Shown: in pieces, positions 1-13,579 of the stretch
Layout of the letters: each line of letters begins with the position of its first letter
Position numbering within the stretch: position 1 is the stretch's first letter
NCBI GenBank assembly: GCA_024137785.1
Contig: JAHRHZ010000047.1
Location: 2,635,336 to 2,699,335, forward strand
From: Ginglymostoma cirratum
Taxonomy: Eukaryota
Reading direction: 5' to 3'
DNA length: 64,000 bases
Program-made: the position numbers and the translations under genes
The notes under the pieces: model-generated
Database searches by the model: none
What the model was told of the DNA's origin: nothing
Seen by the model: only the letters and a program-made list of their open reading frames with translations

Positions 1-739
1 GCTTCTGCCTCCATCCAAATTACACTTGGATGCTGTTGATTGAAGGCAATTAAATAATTAAGGCACTTTACATACATTTTCCTCTGGTTACTGAAATAAG
101 CAAATAGGTCAGTGCAAAAATGAAAAGGGAAAATTTGACAGGTTAACTTTTCTTCTTTATTCATGTTAGCCACCAGAACAAATATACACTTTAATTTGTT
201 ATACTTTATATCATAAATGCAAAGTAATTGCAGAAAAATGCAAAAAAAAGGAATGTGTGTTTTCGGTTAGTTTTGCTGAAAGGCTAACCTGAAATATTAG
301 ATTTGTTTCTTTCTCCAAAGGTTGCTGCCTGGCCTGAGCATTTCCAGCATTGTCTGGCTTTATTTCAGATTTACAGCATGTGTAGTTTATTTTTGTGTTT
401 TAGCAGTAATTACCTGACGTCATTTTGCTATTTGAAATGAATCTTAATTTTACAAACTTGAATGAGTCTATAGAAAAATACTCATACTCAACTTTAAGAA
501 CACCTTTCAAAAAATTAGCCTACTGCGTAGTCTTACTAATTTAGTTACAATACCTATTAATGAGAAAGTCCAATGTAGCATCTAAAACAGTTGTGTAGTT
601 CCAAGCTCAAATGTTCCTGACCTTATTAACAGCAGATGCTGCAATTTGTTGCAAATAGTACACAGGCGATCCACTACTATATATGAGTTTAGAAAAAAAT
701 GAAAGCAAAGACTGCAGACTGCAGTTAAATTATTCATAC

Positions 740-866
740 CTGTGATCCAAAGTGAGAAAAGCTCAGTTAGCTCTTTCTTAAATTCATCCCCAAAATGGTT
801 GTGCGATTCTTGGTAAGACTTGTAGAAAATCGCAAAGACAGCTTGAGCTAAGCAATCAGGATATAC
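740..866 (-). CDS. FAM227B: FAM227B coding exon, 127 nt (VYPDCLAQAVFAIFYKSYQESHNHFGDEFKKELTELFSLWITG); gene continues beyond the left edge
   Basis: Acceptor ttttactattag| and donor cag|gtatga on the minus strand; phase 0 to 1; closely resembles the recalled human FAM227B segment IYPDCLAQAIYATF...DEFKEDL...LWCSG. Confidence 0.9.
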
Positions 867-2083
867 CTAATAGTAAAACAGAAATCAGATATAGCGTTAG
901 CTCAGCATGGATTTTCAGGTCGCCTGCATTGATCACACATGGGCTCAATGGAGACATGAAAATTTGGAGAGGCATTAGAAGACATTTTTGCACAATACCT
1001 GCTCGCAATCCTTTGTTCAGCTGCATTACATGTGCTACAGCTTTGCAAGCATTTCATTTTAAGTCACGAAAAGCATGCAAACTATTGAATTTAAATGTTT
1101 TTAATCCTTACAAAACTCATTTTGAATGGAAGCTCTACATGCAAAGTACTTATGGGAACATATTTTGATTTAAGCACTGAAGCTTTGGTTATGGTTGCCG
1201 TTGTTAATGTTCGCAGTCGTTTAAAATGGTGATGTTGTATTTAACACAGATTTCTTTTCCAGAACTTCTGAATAATTCGCTAACACATACATTTTAAGTA
1301 GTATGGTATGCTTTAAATGTTCCTAAAAAGTTCATTGTTGCCCACTAAGCCATAGAGAATGGACTGTAAAGGAATCATTTCCAGGGCATCAGGGAACAAC
1401 AACAGAAACAAAAGGCCACATGAGAAAGAATTCCACCATAACTAATTTTCACAGGAATTCAAGAAGTCAAGATAGTTTGGTGCAACCTGCATAATCCTGT
1501 GGTTGGCAGCAAGTCAACATAAATTAATGCTTAGGGATATTTAATGTGGAAATGTATAAGATGAAATAACATATAGCAGAGATTCTAGAGATATTTAAGT
1601 TATGCTGGTCTTCAATACCATTAAGTCTAGTTCCTTGGTAACTAATTGTCTATAATTCAAATCTATATCTTCTGGCTGATTCATATCTTTCTGGCAATCA
1701 TACATTGAGATATAAGGTTGTCTGGACAGTATTCAGCTTGGGAAAAGAATAAGCAGACTCAGGAATATACAAATGGATCTTTATCAACAATTGTATTTGG
1801 GCAGCAGAGGACAGACAAGGAAAAACTGAATTTGTGATCAAGAACTGGAGGACTCTCTCACTCTTTCTTTAAATCTCAAACCCAGCAATCCAGCATCGGT
1901 GAAAAAAGCAACTTGGATAAACCACTGTTGACTGAGAAATTAACGATATCTGAAAGTTTTGCCATTACGGAGGCAGCAGGATAGCAGTTAAATTGAGACC
2001 CTGTTGAAAAAATTGAAATCTACAATTACCTTCATCTTCCTGTCTGTACCAGTCAGCTCCCCCACTCCCATAAGCTCATTAGC

Positions 2084-2110
2084 TGTGTGCGTGTGCGTGC
2101 GCGTGCGCGT
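2084..2110. repeat. Alternating purine-pyrimidine (GT/GC) microsatellite
   Basis: tgtgtgcgtgtgcgtgcgcgtgcgcgt. Confidence 0.8.
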
Positions 2111-5100
2111 TTTGGTTGTTGTACTTTATTAATTTTTAGGTTAATAAAATTCAACTTTTATTCTGGAAGATGATGGAATTGGCTCCACACTGTGATAAAA
2201 AAGGAAAAAAATAGGAAGTTGCCACTGACCAAGATGATGTTAAAAAGGAGAGTCATGAACCCTCCTCATCCAGTCATGACAACGGTCAGTAAATTTTTTG
2301 CTGAATCTAGACTAAAATTTCAACACTTTAAATTAAACCTCACCAAACACTATATTAAATACTGAAATTACTCATGGAAATCACTGACAGCATTACTTGG
2401 CTTTGAATTCACAATTTTTAATCGATATATTACAAAATGGCATTCTGCCTAAAAAAAACTCTAAAAATCTGAGTATCATGCAACTTTCTTTGTGAGAAAT
2501 GATGATGATTTATCACAGACCACAGGTTAAGAGGAGAGGAGTTCTATCCCCATGAGTCTGCATAACAGTGAGTGCCATTCCTTATCAGTACGGAGATGCC
2601 AAAAGGAATTAAGCATACTTTCTATGAGGGAGATTAATAAATGCATATTATAATAATGCATTTTCAACAACAATGTTGTTATGGAGGTAAATTGGAGTAC
2701 GATCAGGAGATGAGAAGAAAACTTTCAGCATAGCAAAGGGATAAATGGGGCTTTGAAAGTGACTTTACAAAACATGGACATTTTGTTAGATCGTTATGAT
2801 TCTAAAATTATTATTTGGGGGGAGCTGCAGATAAATTATGACTTTATCAATTTTCAATGGAAAGATATAAAAGGATAACAAGCAACCTTTTCCCAACTTC
2901 CAAAAAGAAGTTAGATTTAGCATGATATCAGATGACATGTAATGGAATGCATTGAAAATTGTTTGCCTGGTTTTAATCAGAACAGTCATCTTCTGTTGGG
3001 CCACAAGTATACTATTGGAGTGTTTGCGAATTGTTTGAAAGAATAAATTGGTAACCAAATGACAAGGTAGCAGAATGTTTTTCACTCAGTGCTTTCTTTG
3101 CTGTATTAACATTCACTCTGGCTCACTTTCCATTTCCTTTCCTTGATCCATCAACTTATGATTAAATGTCACAAATGTGAACTGGATAAGTTGCAGGTTC
3201 AATTATTTTTTGCTCAATTCTGGTAAGTACATTTCATGGATAATCACAGTCACTAAATCTTATTGAGATTAAAATAACTGATTGATTCAGTGTGTTGATC
3301 TTACACATAGCAAATTTGTGTTTCTGCATTGAAACCCAAAAGATTATATTATTGACCATAACTAGAAAAACAAAATCCAGAAGTTAAGCAAACTACACAT
3401 TTGGAAGCTGTTGAAGGGACATAAATTGAAGGAAAACATCTTTGTTACTGAGCAATGATAAGCATCTGTTATTCGTCATTAGGACTGCAGTGTTGATGTG
3501 AGGTGTGATTTGAAGTTTGACTCTATTCTTGCGCCAAACATTTATAACAATGGTGTATGTTTACAGCCCTGCAGAAACCTGTACCAGCTGTGCTTCTACA
3601 TTTCCAAAAATAGTTAAAGAGTTAAGGATAATTATAGAATATCATGCATTAGCAGAAAGTGATACAGAACACTGTAACACCAATATAAACAACTGTAGTT
3701 TGGCAAAAATGAAGCTCTGCATTTCTTAATGGTTTGATAAAAAACAACACTGGCATAGGCCTACAAACAGAACATTCATAGTCACAAGAGGCTACATAGA
3801 ATTTACAGTGCAGAAACACAGTTCCTGGTCAGTGCTCATACTCCATACAAGCTTCTTCCCATTCTATTTTATCTGACACCATCAGCATATTCTGTCTTTC
3901 TTTCATGTACTCATGCAGCTTTGCTTTAAATGCACAAGTAATACTTTGCCACAACCACTCAACGTGATCATAAGCTCCCATTCTAACCACTTGCTAGATA
4001 AAGTGGTTTCACCTGAATTTCTTATTGTATATATTAGTAACTTCCATGAATTAAATATGAAGAGTGCACTGACATTCAATCCCCACCATTGCAAAATGTA
4101 TAAATGTAAAAGATTTCAATGAGACCACCGATTTTCCCGACTGACTACAGCTCAGAACAAAAGCAATTCACACAACTTTCTTCCAATAATAAAACTCTAT
4201 TGTAATAATTTTAACAATAGCAGAGGAAAGAAAGATTTTTTAATTTATGCAACTTAAACTATAACCTACAAAACCCCAAATACACACACATACAAAAGCC
4301 AAACAGTTTAACACACATTATTGGTGTAACAGGGTAAACAAAATTCCAATAATCAGAAGTTCAAACCACAAGGTGGAAAGTTAACATTTCTCACAGTACT
4401 TTTGATTTTTGAAATGTCTGTGGACTAATGGTCATTCTTCAATTTGATGGTTTATTGGGTGAACTTGGGTTTTTCTGGATGCTCCTTTACATGCTCTTGC
4501 TCTTGGTACTTGCAGTTTTTTGATATACTGTAGCCAAACCAATCAGACAGTTGCTGTTGGGCAGAATTTCCTAAACTCAAAAGAGCCCTGGGGCAGATCA
4601 GTCTCAAATTCTCTGTCTTACTGCTTTGAAAAAAGCAACATCATACTTTATAGCTCAACAATGTACAACCAATGATTCTCAAGGTGCAAAACTCACTGCC
4701 ATTCCAATTATAGTAGTCCAATTTCCATTTCAGTTTATTATCCCCAAAAAAATGGAAAACATTTCTTACTGTAACCATCCTATATTTATGACACCTAGCT
4801 TTTGACAAGTTGAAAATATCTTTCCAACCTGTAATTAGTCTGGATTCTGAAAACTAGTAAAGACATATCACAGTTGTAAGAAGCATAAAGATCAGAAATC
4901 ATGGATTGAATTTCAAGTCCCCACAAGCCGGTGGGCAAGTGACGAGGTAACATTGAGTGGAATAGCAGCAGTACCATGTTCATGCCTGACCTGCAACTGC
5001 TGGTCTTATACATCAATCATACATTTAAGATTAGTTAAAATAATAATATGTGCTCTTCACTAGAATACAAGATTATATACAGACGATGTTAACTGGGAGA

Positions 5101-5469
5101 GAATACTTACGCATGTCAGATCTCTACCACTACTGCTATATTCTGAACGTGGTCATGGGTCTACTGCATCACATCTTGTTGCAATGCCCATGACTGACAG
5201 CAGTTTTAGATACATTCCCTTAAAAGTACATGCACATCATATTACACATCCTTTTTTTTTGTAAGCCAGAGGTTTACCCTTAAATAATTAAACTATTAAC
5301 ATGGTGGTAAATTAAGTGATATTGCCCCAGCTTTTATATTCTGCAGATGGGTTGAGACTGGGCAGAGCCCCCAAGATGTCCTTCAGGATCCTACAGATGT
5401 CCTGATGTATTGACTCCAAAGAAATCTCCTGGGAGATCCAAACTTCTGATGTGCAATTCCCCTGATGTG

Positions 5470-5690
5470 AAATAAATAGGTTCGGGTCTAGACCCTTCTT
5501 CAGAAATGGGGGAGGGGAAGAGGATCTATTTATTTCAGAAACCCCTTCCCCTCCCCCATTTCTGAAGAAGGGTCTCGGCCTGAAACGTCAGCCTTCCTGC
5601 TCCTCTGATGCTGCTTGGCCTGCTGTGTTCATCCAGCTCTACTCCTTGTTATCTCAGATTCTCCAGCATCTGCAGTTCCTACTATCCCTG
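5470..5690 (+). mobile_element. Penelope pseudo-LTR fragment with a short inverted duplication
   Basis: agacccttcttcagaaatgggggaggggaag (about 5490-5520) is the reverse complement of cttcccctcccccatttctgaagaagggtct (about 5545-5575), followed by the same pLTR tail as 43783-43912. Confidence 0.85.
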
Positions 5691-5829
5691 AAATGTATTG
5701 TTGGTTTGCTGGGTTCAAGTCCCACCTGCTTCAGAGATGTGTCCTAACATCTCTCAACAGGTCATTTAAAAAAATATTGATCCAACCAGTCTTGATTATG
5801 CTAATCTTGTTTGGAAGCTGCTATATGGT

Positions 5830-7760
5830 TTTAAAATGTTAGGTAGATGTTTGCCCAAATGTTTGCATTTGTGTTGCATCTTAGACCATGATGTGATTTC
5901 AATAGAAATTCTCGGTGTCTCAGGTTGTGATATTGTTCCAATTTGCCATCTGTTTCATTTCTCTGTCTTGCCATTTTTGTCCATATTGAACATTTTGATT
6001 GACGTTCAGGTTGGGTAATTCAACTTGCATGCATTTTGTGAATGTCTTGCCCTCTAAGAACATTGCCGAATGAGGATTAGAAAGTTTTCTACACTTGGCT
6101 GCTGAATAGCAATTCTGAATTTGTTGCACAGTACGATAAAGAACGCAAGATCAGAAGAGGTATATCCAACTATGCTACATAGACTTTCAACTGATGACCT
6201 ATATTGCTGAATTGGGTGATCTTCTCCATTGCAAGCATGGGGTTTCTATTCGTGTTGACAGTGATCCTCACACTTGTCTAGACGATACTGTGATTGATGA
6301 CCAAGGACAGGTTCCTTCGAAGCTATAGGCCTGAACTTGCAGTTTCCACTACATAAGTTGTTGTAGTGACACTTGAGTGTCATAGATCCCAGGGATGGAG
6401 TCTCCAAGCCATTATATGTGTTGAGCCTGACAGTGGTTGGTTTAGTTATCTCTTGTCACTTTATCTGGATAAAAACATTTCAGTGTGCTAAGTGAAAGGA
6501 TGCTTGCATTTGTACTGGTATCCAATTTGGCAAACAATCTTTGCTTTCCTTACATCTGTGGGCTATAAACTGGATGGGTTCAAAAATTTCTGTTGCTCCC
6601 ACTGTGCTAGTACATTCTTTCATGGTCACCATGCTGAATTATGGTTATGCTCATCATCCGAATGTGTAGTTTGGCTACATAATTCATGGATCCTATTTTG
6701 ACAATATCTGTTGCACATCCTTCGCTGACTGGGTTGCCCTCTGGCTGTGGCTGAATGTGATATGAGCCACTTGTTTTGGCCTTTACTTTCTGTATTGATG
6801 CTTCCAACGCCTTTTGGTGCCCAATGCGTTGCATACATCATTAAAAAGTGAGCAATCTCTGGGTGCATGTATGAGGCCACATTACCCACACTGCTCACTA
6901 GATTTGCCTAAATTGACTACATTGTAACATTTGGGTTGGTCAAAGAGATCTTTCTGGAACACTGCTGCTGGGATGGATGCAATCAAGAACTCTGTTATTC
7001 TATTGCCTAGCTCTGATGCCATAATATGACAATTAGGCCCCTGATCATTGCACCTTTTATGAATTGTCCAATAGTTTCCATCAGTTGTTGCCTAAATGAC
7101 AAGAATTCCAGACAGCATATTCTGAAGTTGAACTTCTCATGAAATTGATTTTCAAGTGACCAAATGTCATCTGGATTTTGAGTCTGAAGTCTGTGGAGGT
7201 CTTCATTGCCTATAACTTTAATTTTAATGGCTTTTTTTTAACTAGCCTATAAGTACTAAGGTTCAGGGTTGCTGTTTGAGGGCAATGATATTGCTGTTGA
7301 GCCAATTCTGTCTTTCATGGGGTCACTGAAGCTTCAGGCACAGAACAGTTATTTTTGGTGTGAAAATGGATTGCAAACTTCATAGATAGAATTAACCAGA
7401 AAAAAAGTATACCTTTTGCTGCCTTCTTTAAGTTGTTCTGAATGAATTCTTCTTTCCTAGTGTCCAGTGTTTTATTCGCCATTAACCTCCTGAAGGTTGG
7501 CAAGCAGTGGTGATTGACTATTGTATCGGTTGCTTTCTGCTTAAAGCTAGACTCCCTGGAATCAGCAACTAATGTCTCTTCCTGCACAAACTTCAAAGCC
7601 AAAAGGTTTAGACTGTATAAGCTCTTGTGAATTTTAGCAATCCTAGAAGACTGAATTCCAGTTGGCTGGAGTGAGAGTTTGAGTCCCAGAATGCAGGGGC
7701 AGTGAGAATGATTCCTACAGTGTTGCAGAATCAGTTACACACAATGAGTCAGTACCAAAT
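5830..7760 (-). mobile_element. Decayed Ty3/Gypsy LTR-retrotransposon gag-protease region (boundaries approximate)
   Basis: Minus-strand translation gives QCG*CGLIHAPRDC...VCNALGTKRRW (degenerate Gag zinc knuckles, about 6895-6790) followed by AKLDTSTNASIL (aspartic protease DTG-like motif, about 6530-6495). Confidence 0.6.
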
Positions 7761-8789
7761 TGTCATTTCAGGTCCACACCAATTTGATATTTGCAGCATT
7801 TGATATGGTACATTTTAAAGGTACGTGTATATCTTATCACAACCAGTCAAGGCCATATGGCTAGTCTTGTTGACAGCAGTGAGAGGGGGGATCTGACAGG
7901 ATGGAATCCTTCTTGATCAGGCACCCTTTGCCCAGTGGAGGCTGACCGACAAACATTCTCCCCACCCTGCCCCAACTGGCCTGGGGAACCCACTACTTCT
8001 CCCCCGGGCTTGCCAGCCTGGCCTCAGCAAAACCTCTGCTTTGCTCCCATATCTGGTTCCATGGCTGCTCAGATTTGGTGATTGCATCCCACAGTAGTCA
8101 ATGGATCTGGAGGCATTACTGAGACTAGAGAGCTGTCAGCCATTTGGTCGACAACTCTTGGAACAAGGACATGCTTCCTGATTGAGGGGAATGGAGGAGG
8201 AAGTTCTAGCCTTAGACAATTTAGACCCGATAGCTACTAACTTTGCTCAGAACTATCTGGCCTAGAAAGATGCACTCAGCCCAACTTTTAAGCCAGGGTT
8301 GGGCCAATGCCTCTACACAAACTCAAATGCTATAAAGTGAGCAGACCTTTTTATTTGCAGGCTCTTGAATGAAACTTCCCTGTGGAAATCATGTGTAAAG
8401 CTTGAAAGTTGGAGGGAGTTATAGAATGGGTACATCTCAACATTTGCCCAGAATATCCGACCTATAGAATTTTGAGCCCAAGCTGATCTCAAGGAAAAGA
8501 GGCTGGTGCATTAGATTTAAATTGTTCAGTTGCTTATTTGAACTACAGGAAATGCTCACAATTACGATGAACCAAGTAAATGCACAATTTATGCATAATT
8601 TGCGCATAATTATTAAATTTAAGCTCTTCAAAATACAATTTACTTTTTAAACAATTTTTCCACAGTTAGAAGTTGAACTTTTATGCTATTTGCGTAGCTG
8701 GGAATTTCAAGTAAAACAGATTTAAGGTGACTTATTGTCAGCCTTCAGTTTCCACTGAACAGACAACAGCAATACCTTCAAAGTGGATG

Positions 8790-9290
8790 AGGAGGTGATG
8801 ATCGAGTGGTATTATCACCGGACTGTTAATGCAGGGACCTCTGTGTCCTAGAGATTCTGGGGACAGAGGTTCAAAATCTTCCATGGCAGATGGTGGAATT
8901 TGAACTCAATAATAAAAAAAATGTTAAAAGTCATTAGCAGTCTCTTTGCAAAAACAGCAAACTCACTGAACAAGGCCACCTTCAAATTCCCCTCCAAGTC
9001 ATTGACTGTGCTGACTTTGAACTATATTGCTATTCGTCTATTGTTGCTAAGTAAAAATCTGGACCTCCAAGCTACTCACCATCCTGACTTGGAAATATAT
9101 CACCATTCCTTCACTGTCGCTAGGTCAAAATCCTGGAATTCCCTCTCTAAGAGCATTGTCAGTCTACCTACAACACATAGATTCAAGAAGGCAGCTCAGC
9201 ACCACCTTCTCAAGGGAAACTAGGGATGAGCAATAAACGCTGGCTGGCCACCCAGTCGGTTGTCCCACAAGTGAATTAAAAAAATGAAAA
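8790..9290 (+). mobile_element. Internally deleted derivative of the tRNA-headed LINE (head plus 3' end)
   Basis: Head ggaggtgatgatcgagtggtattatc...ggttcaaaatc...ggcagatggtggaatttgaa, then LINE 3' region ctcaccatcctgacttggaaatat...gcaataaacgctggctggcc and an A tail. Confidence 0.7.
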
Positions 9291-9668
9291 AGGGGAACCA
9301 GTAGATGTAGTAGTATATTTGGATTTTCAGAAGACATTCAATAATGTGCCACATAAAGAGCCGTGTAGGTGGACATCCACCCCACAGCTCAAGAAAGTGC
9401 TCACTACTACTTTCTCAAGGGAAGTTATGGATTGGTAAGAAGTGCCAGGCTTGTCAGTAATGCTGATATTACATGAAAAGATAATTATAAAATAAGAACA
9501 TTGAAGGAGCACGATACCTTCGTGGCATTACGCAGTTGCCTATGAAAAACAGCATTTTTAACAAAGGTATTAATGTTAAATGTTATAAAGTCTACAGTAA
9601 GTAGAAAATATAATATACCTCATATATAAATGCTTCATTTATCAAATATATAAATTTAGTAACATTAC

Positions 9669-9770
9669 CTTCAATAATGTATCTAGCACCGGAGGAGGGC
9701 AAGTCATGAAAAGTGTCACAAAACTATCAGCAATTCTGCTAAACAGGTTATCTTGATCTTCTTGAGAAGG
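9669..9770 (-). CDS. FAM227B: FAM227B coding exon, 102 nt (PSQEDQDNLFSRIADSFVTLFMTCPPPVLDTLLK)
   Basis: Donor aag|gtaatg; acceptor ttacaag| (AAG); phase 0-0; resembles recalled human [23 protein letters not shown]. Confidence 0.88.
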
Positions 9771-11229
9771 CTTGTAATGATCAAGAATAAAATAAATTTT
9801 TTAAAATCACAATTTTATTCTTGACTTCATTTCTATATACTGAAAAGAACTGAACAATAGATTAAAAGGCAACAGGTGATGACAAAATAATACTGTAATG
9901 AGAAAAATAAAAATTATTCCAAATATATAAAAGACGAAAAGTATACAAAATATAGAAAGCAAGTCTTTAGGAAAACTTACAAACAAATGAATAAGCAAAA
10001 AGAATGTACAGTTTAAAAAGGCAAAAATTTGCAGGTTTACATATATATCATATAACAAGTCATGCAAGCCACTGAATATAACATGTCTGAAAAGCAGCTC
10101 TTTGACAGCTTACTTATTTCCAGTCACTGCTAACCCTACATCCTGGGCACCTTCACATGTAAAATGCTTATCTTCAGGTTTAGACCTTTATGAATCCTCA
10201 CAGAAGCTCTGTGCTCCTCTTACTCTATTCCGTATTGTAATCCACACACCCACTTCATTTGCCTCATCATTGGTAACTGTTATTTCAAACATCTATCCCC
10301 TACAGGTTTAACTCTTTCCTTAAACCACTCCTTCGGATACTGGCCAGAAAGCTAGTAGCAATTCTGTGTCAGCCTGTTCCTAGGGTCCTGAATGTACTAA
10401 GTCCCAAACAAGCACTTGCCTACCTGCAGTCCTAATTCTACAGCCTTTGAATGCAAAGGTACCCTTCCAAGAGCTGCCAGCCAATATACAGCAGCACTTC
10501 CATGCTAGCAAAGCGCCTAGGTACATTGGCCACTGTTGGGACTGCAATAGGCTCGGGATCAGGAAATGAGATGGAGGGTCAGAGGAGAGATAAATGGAGG
10601 AGCTTCTCTTGGGTCAAACAGGCATGGCTTGGTGAGGGTTGATACAGTGTGGAACACAGGAACACAGCAGGTCAGGCAACATCAGAGGATCAGGAAGGTC
10701 AACGTTTCAGGTCAGGACCTTTCATAAGGACAGTAATTCTTGCTGTCTCCATGACTTGGTGAGGGTTGAGGTCATTGTGGAGGGCTAATAGGGAGGGAAC
10801 ATTCAACACTGTAATCAACCAGGAAGTGCATACTCATGGAGCCCACATAGCCAGTCGCAGTGGGACAGCAGGATCAGCCTCTTACTGGCGACCAATTTGC
10901 TTCAATTGGTCTTTGGAGACAAAGACTTTGGCCTTCTCATCATTGACTTACTCATGGGGCTATCAGGAAGGCAATGGCTTCTCCTCCCTATACCTTCTTG
11001 TCCAATTAAATGGCCCTCATCCATCTCCCTGCCTGCTGAATAGGCGAGGTAGGGAAATGGACATTAAGTTTTCCCTTTCTTTCTATCCTCCTTCAAGATT
11101 CTACTTGAAAGCCTTCACTCTTTATTAAGGCAATATGTGGGTCATATAAAAGCAAGTAGAAACACTAAGTGCTGGAGAAACTCAGCCGGTCTGGCAGCAT
11201 CTGTGGAGTGAGAAAAATAATTAATATTT

Positions 11230-11286
11230 TGAGTCCAATTTGACTCTTCTTTACAAAATGAGTCCAATTTGACTCTTCTTTACAAA
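11230..11286. repeat. 29-bp tandem duplication within a short Penelope-pLTR-like element
   Basis: TGAGTCCAATTTGACTCTTCTTTACAAA at 11230 and 11259, each with a GAGTC/GACTC stem. Confidence 0.85.
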
Positions 11287-11893
11287 TGGTGTGTAATGCT
11301 TCCCTAATGGATGTAACATCAGGAGTCATACTCTCCAAATTCTTAATAGCAACTGATGTGGAAATCCAAAAATACTGAAAGGGAAAATGTTCCACTACTT
11401 CTGGTACCAGTTCTGAAGAGCCATATCGGATTTGAAACATATTTTGGTAATTCCTTATAATATTTCTTTCTGAAGTATGGAACTTATCCTTGTTTAATTG
11501 TGCCACTGTGGAATGCCTTTTCATTGGTAAATGTACTCACTAAATATAGTTAATTATTCGCAATTATGGTTCAGTATGTTTAATAAGTAAATAGCTGACT
11601 CACAGAGCAGCAGGTTTTAAATTCAACCCGAATCCATACTAGCTCACAATGGTGAGTGGAGAATTGGGTAACATTTTTACATTCAGTCTTTTTGGCTTTC
11701 ACATCAGCAGCTGCTATTAAGATATTTTGGGAGCATGACTGGTGATGTTCAATCCATTATGGAAGCATCACACACCAATTTCATTCTGGCAGCACTTTTT
11801 CGTAGAAATGCTAAAGTCAAAAATTTACCCAAACCTTTTACAGACTATTAGAATGAAACACCCAAACATTTTTTTTACATGACGTAACTGTAC

Positions 11894-11992
11894 CTGAAAC
11901 TTGGAAAGGAAGAACCACCAAAATGCGTCCTGAAGAATGGCACCAGATGAAGTTGAGAGAATCAGCTTTTTCAAGGTAGATTGATATCCAAG
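11894..11992 (-). CDS. FAM227B: FAM227B coding exon, 99 nt (LGYQSTLKKLILSTSSGAILQDAFWWFFLSKFQ)
   Basis: Acceptor cttaacag|, donor cag|gtacag; contains the FWWh signature of the FAM227 family. Confidence 0.9.
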
Positions 11993-13474
11993 CTGTTAAG
12001 AAGTTTAGTTGATTTGATATTTGTTACATTGTCATAGGTTCTACTAAAATAAAAGTGAATGATAGGAGACAGTGTTGCATCAACCAGCAGCTCGTGTGGC
12101 ACAGTTTCATAAAATACTGCAGACCCTGGAAATCTGAACTACAAGAGAAAATGTTGGAAATACTCAGCGGGTCTGGAAGTATCCATAGGGTCAGAGCAAA
12201 AGAGTTAATGTTTCAAGTTAAATGTCTTTTTCATAACATATTAATTTGAAAAATTTTGGAATTTTCATCTTTGGCATCTTTCCAGAGGGTAGGCTCCATG
12301 TGGCATGAGGCCATTCTTCTAAGAGAACTGGAGAATTCAAAAACTAAATCAGTTTCTGGCATTGAATAAACAACAAAATATGCTGAAAATCTGAAACAAA
12401 AACAGAAAATGCTCAACCTTCAGCATAGCAAGCAGCATCTAGGACACTGGGGATATCTCTGCATTTTTCATGTTTCCCTTTCACCCTTCTAACTCATTCC
12501 TTTATCTATTCACACATTCTATGTGCCACATACTTACCATACTTCTCTCGTTGCATCTTCTACTGTCACATTTATATTTTCTCTCTCTCATTTAACTATT
12601 TCCTATTTTACACTTGAATACATTATAGGTAATTCATTTAATTTACTTTTTGTCTGGGTATGTTTACATTCTTTTTCTTCCCCTTCACATTAGTCTGTTC
12701 AATTTTAGAACTCTGCTTATGTGTAATATCTTTCAGTTCTGATGAGAGAGCAAGCCTGAAACATTAACCCATTTATTCTGTCTACAGGTGGTCTCTGGTC
12801 TGCTAAGTAGTCCAAACGTTTTTTTTTTGATTTTCTTCATCCTTTGGCATTCTTGTACATTTCCTAGTACATATGCAGTTGTAGAATAGCATTGTGAAGA
12901 CCAAGGAAACAATCACCAACCATCAGGAATTAGTCTGTGCCCCAACTCTATCAGCGTACAGTTCAATTTCCAATATATTATCTACCACAAAATAAATGGT
13001 AATCATGCTATTTTACAAAAATTAGTTAAACTAAAATTACGAATCATATTTTGTAATGCACAAGGTGAAAGAGATGGACAGAACTAAATAGATACAGATA
13101 CAACATTTGTAACATATATATGACATCTGTATGCATATTGAACTTGAGACAGAAAAGTTAAATATATTCAAATTATTTATAAAAATATAATCAACCAGTC
13201 ATATTTACTTTCCAATATTTAATCTAAAACACACGTGGATCTGCTGTAATCATTAAAAGAAATGCTTTTCCTTTGCCATATCCTCAAAGTATCCAATTCT
13301 CAAATCTATAACTTTACCATGACAACAAAACCAGAAGGCATCATAATTGTTAGTATGCTAAAATGTTTCAAACTTCACAAGAAAAGGACCATAAAATATT
13401 CCAAAATACAAGGGTAAGCAAGTAAAATTGTTAGTAAACAAAGGTTAAATTAAGCTTTAATAATAATGACTTAC

Positions 13475-13579
13475 ATTAAAATTCTGAGCCCTCCAAATCC
13501 AGCTTAGCAGCTGTACAGCCTCTGTGTGTCCAGGAAGTTCTGTAAACTCAAATGGTTTGAAGCCTGGGAAACGTTCAGA
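13475..13579 (-). CDS. FAM227B: FAM227B coding exon, 105 nt (SERFPGFKPFEFTELPGHTEAVQLLSWIWRAQNFN)
   Basis: Acceptor ttttcttaatctag|, donor aat|gtaagt; resembles recalled human FTGFKANELTQLPRHL...AHNFD. Confidence 0.9.

Noticed and set aside
1-739. Expected nested FGF7 and downstream FAM227B exons
   Set aside because: No FGF-like or LKP..FW..W-like coding sequence was found; they presumably lie left of the window.
5111-5193. Strong minus-strand donor (gc|gtaagt) suggesting an extra FAM227B exon
   Set aside because: Poor acceptor and an in-frame stop in phase 0; the 9669 and 866 exons join directly.
11230-11286. CRISPR-like 29-bp palindromic direct repeat
   Set aside because: Only two adjacent copies with no spacer, inside a retroelement in vertebrate DNA.
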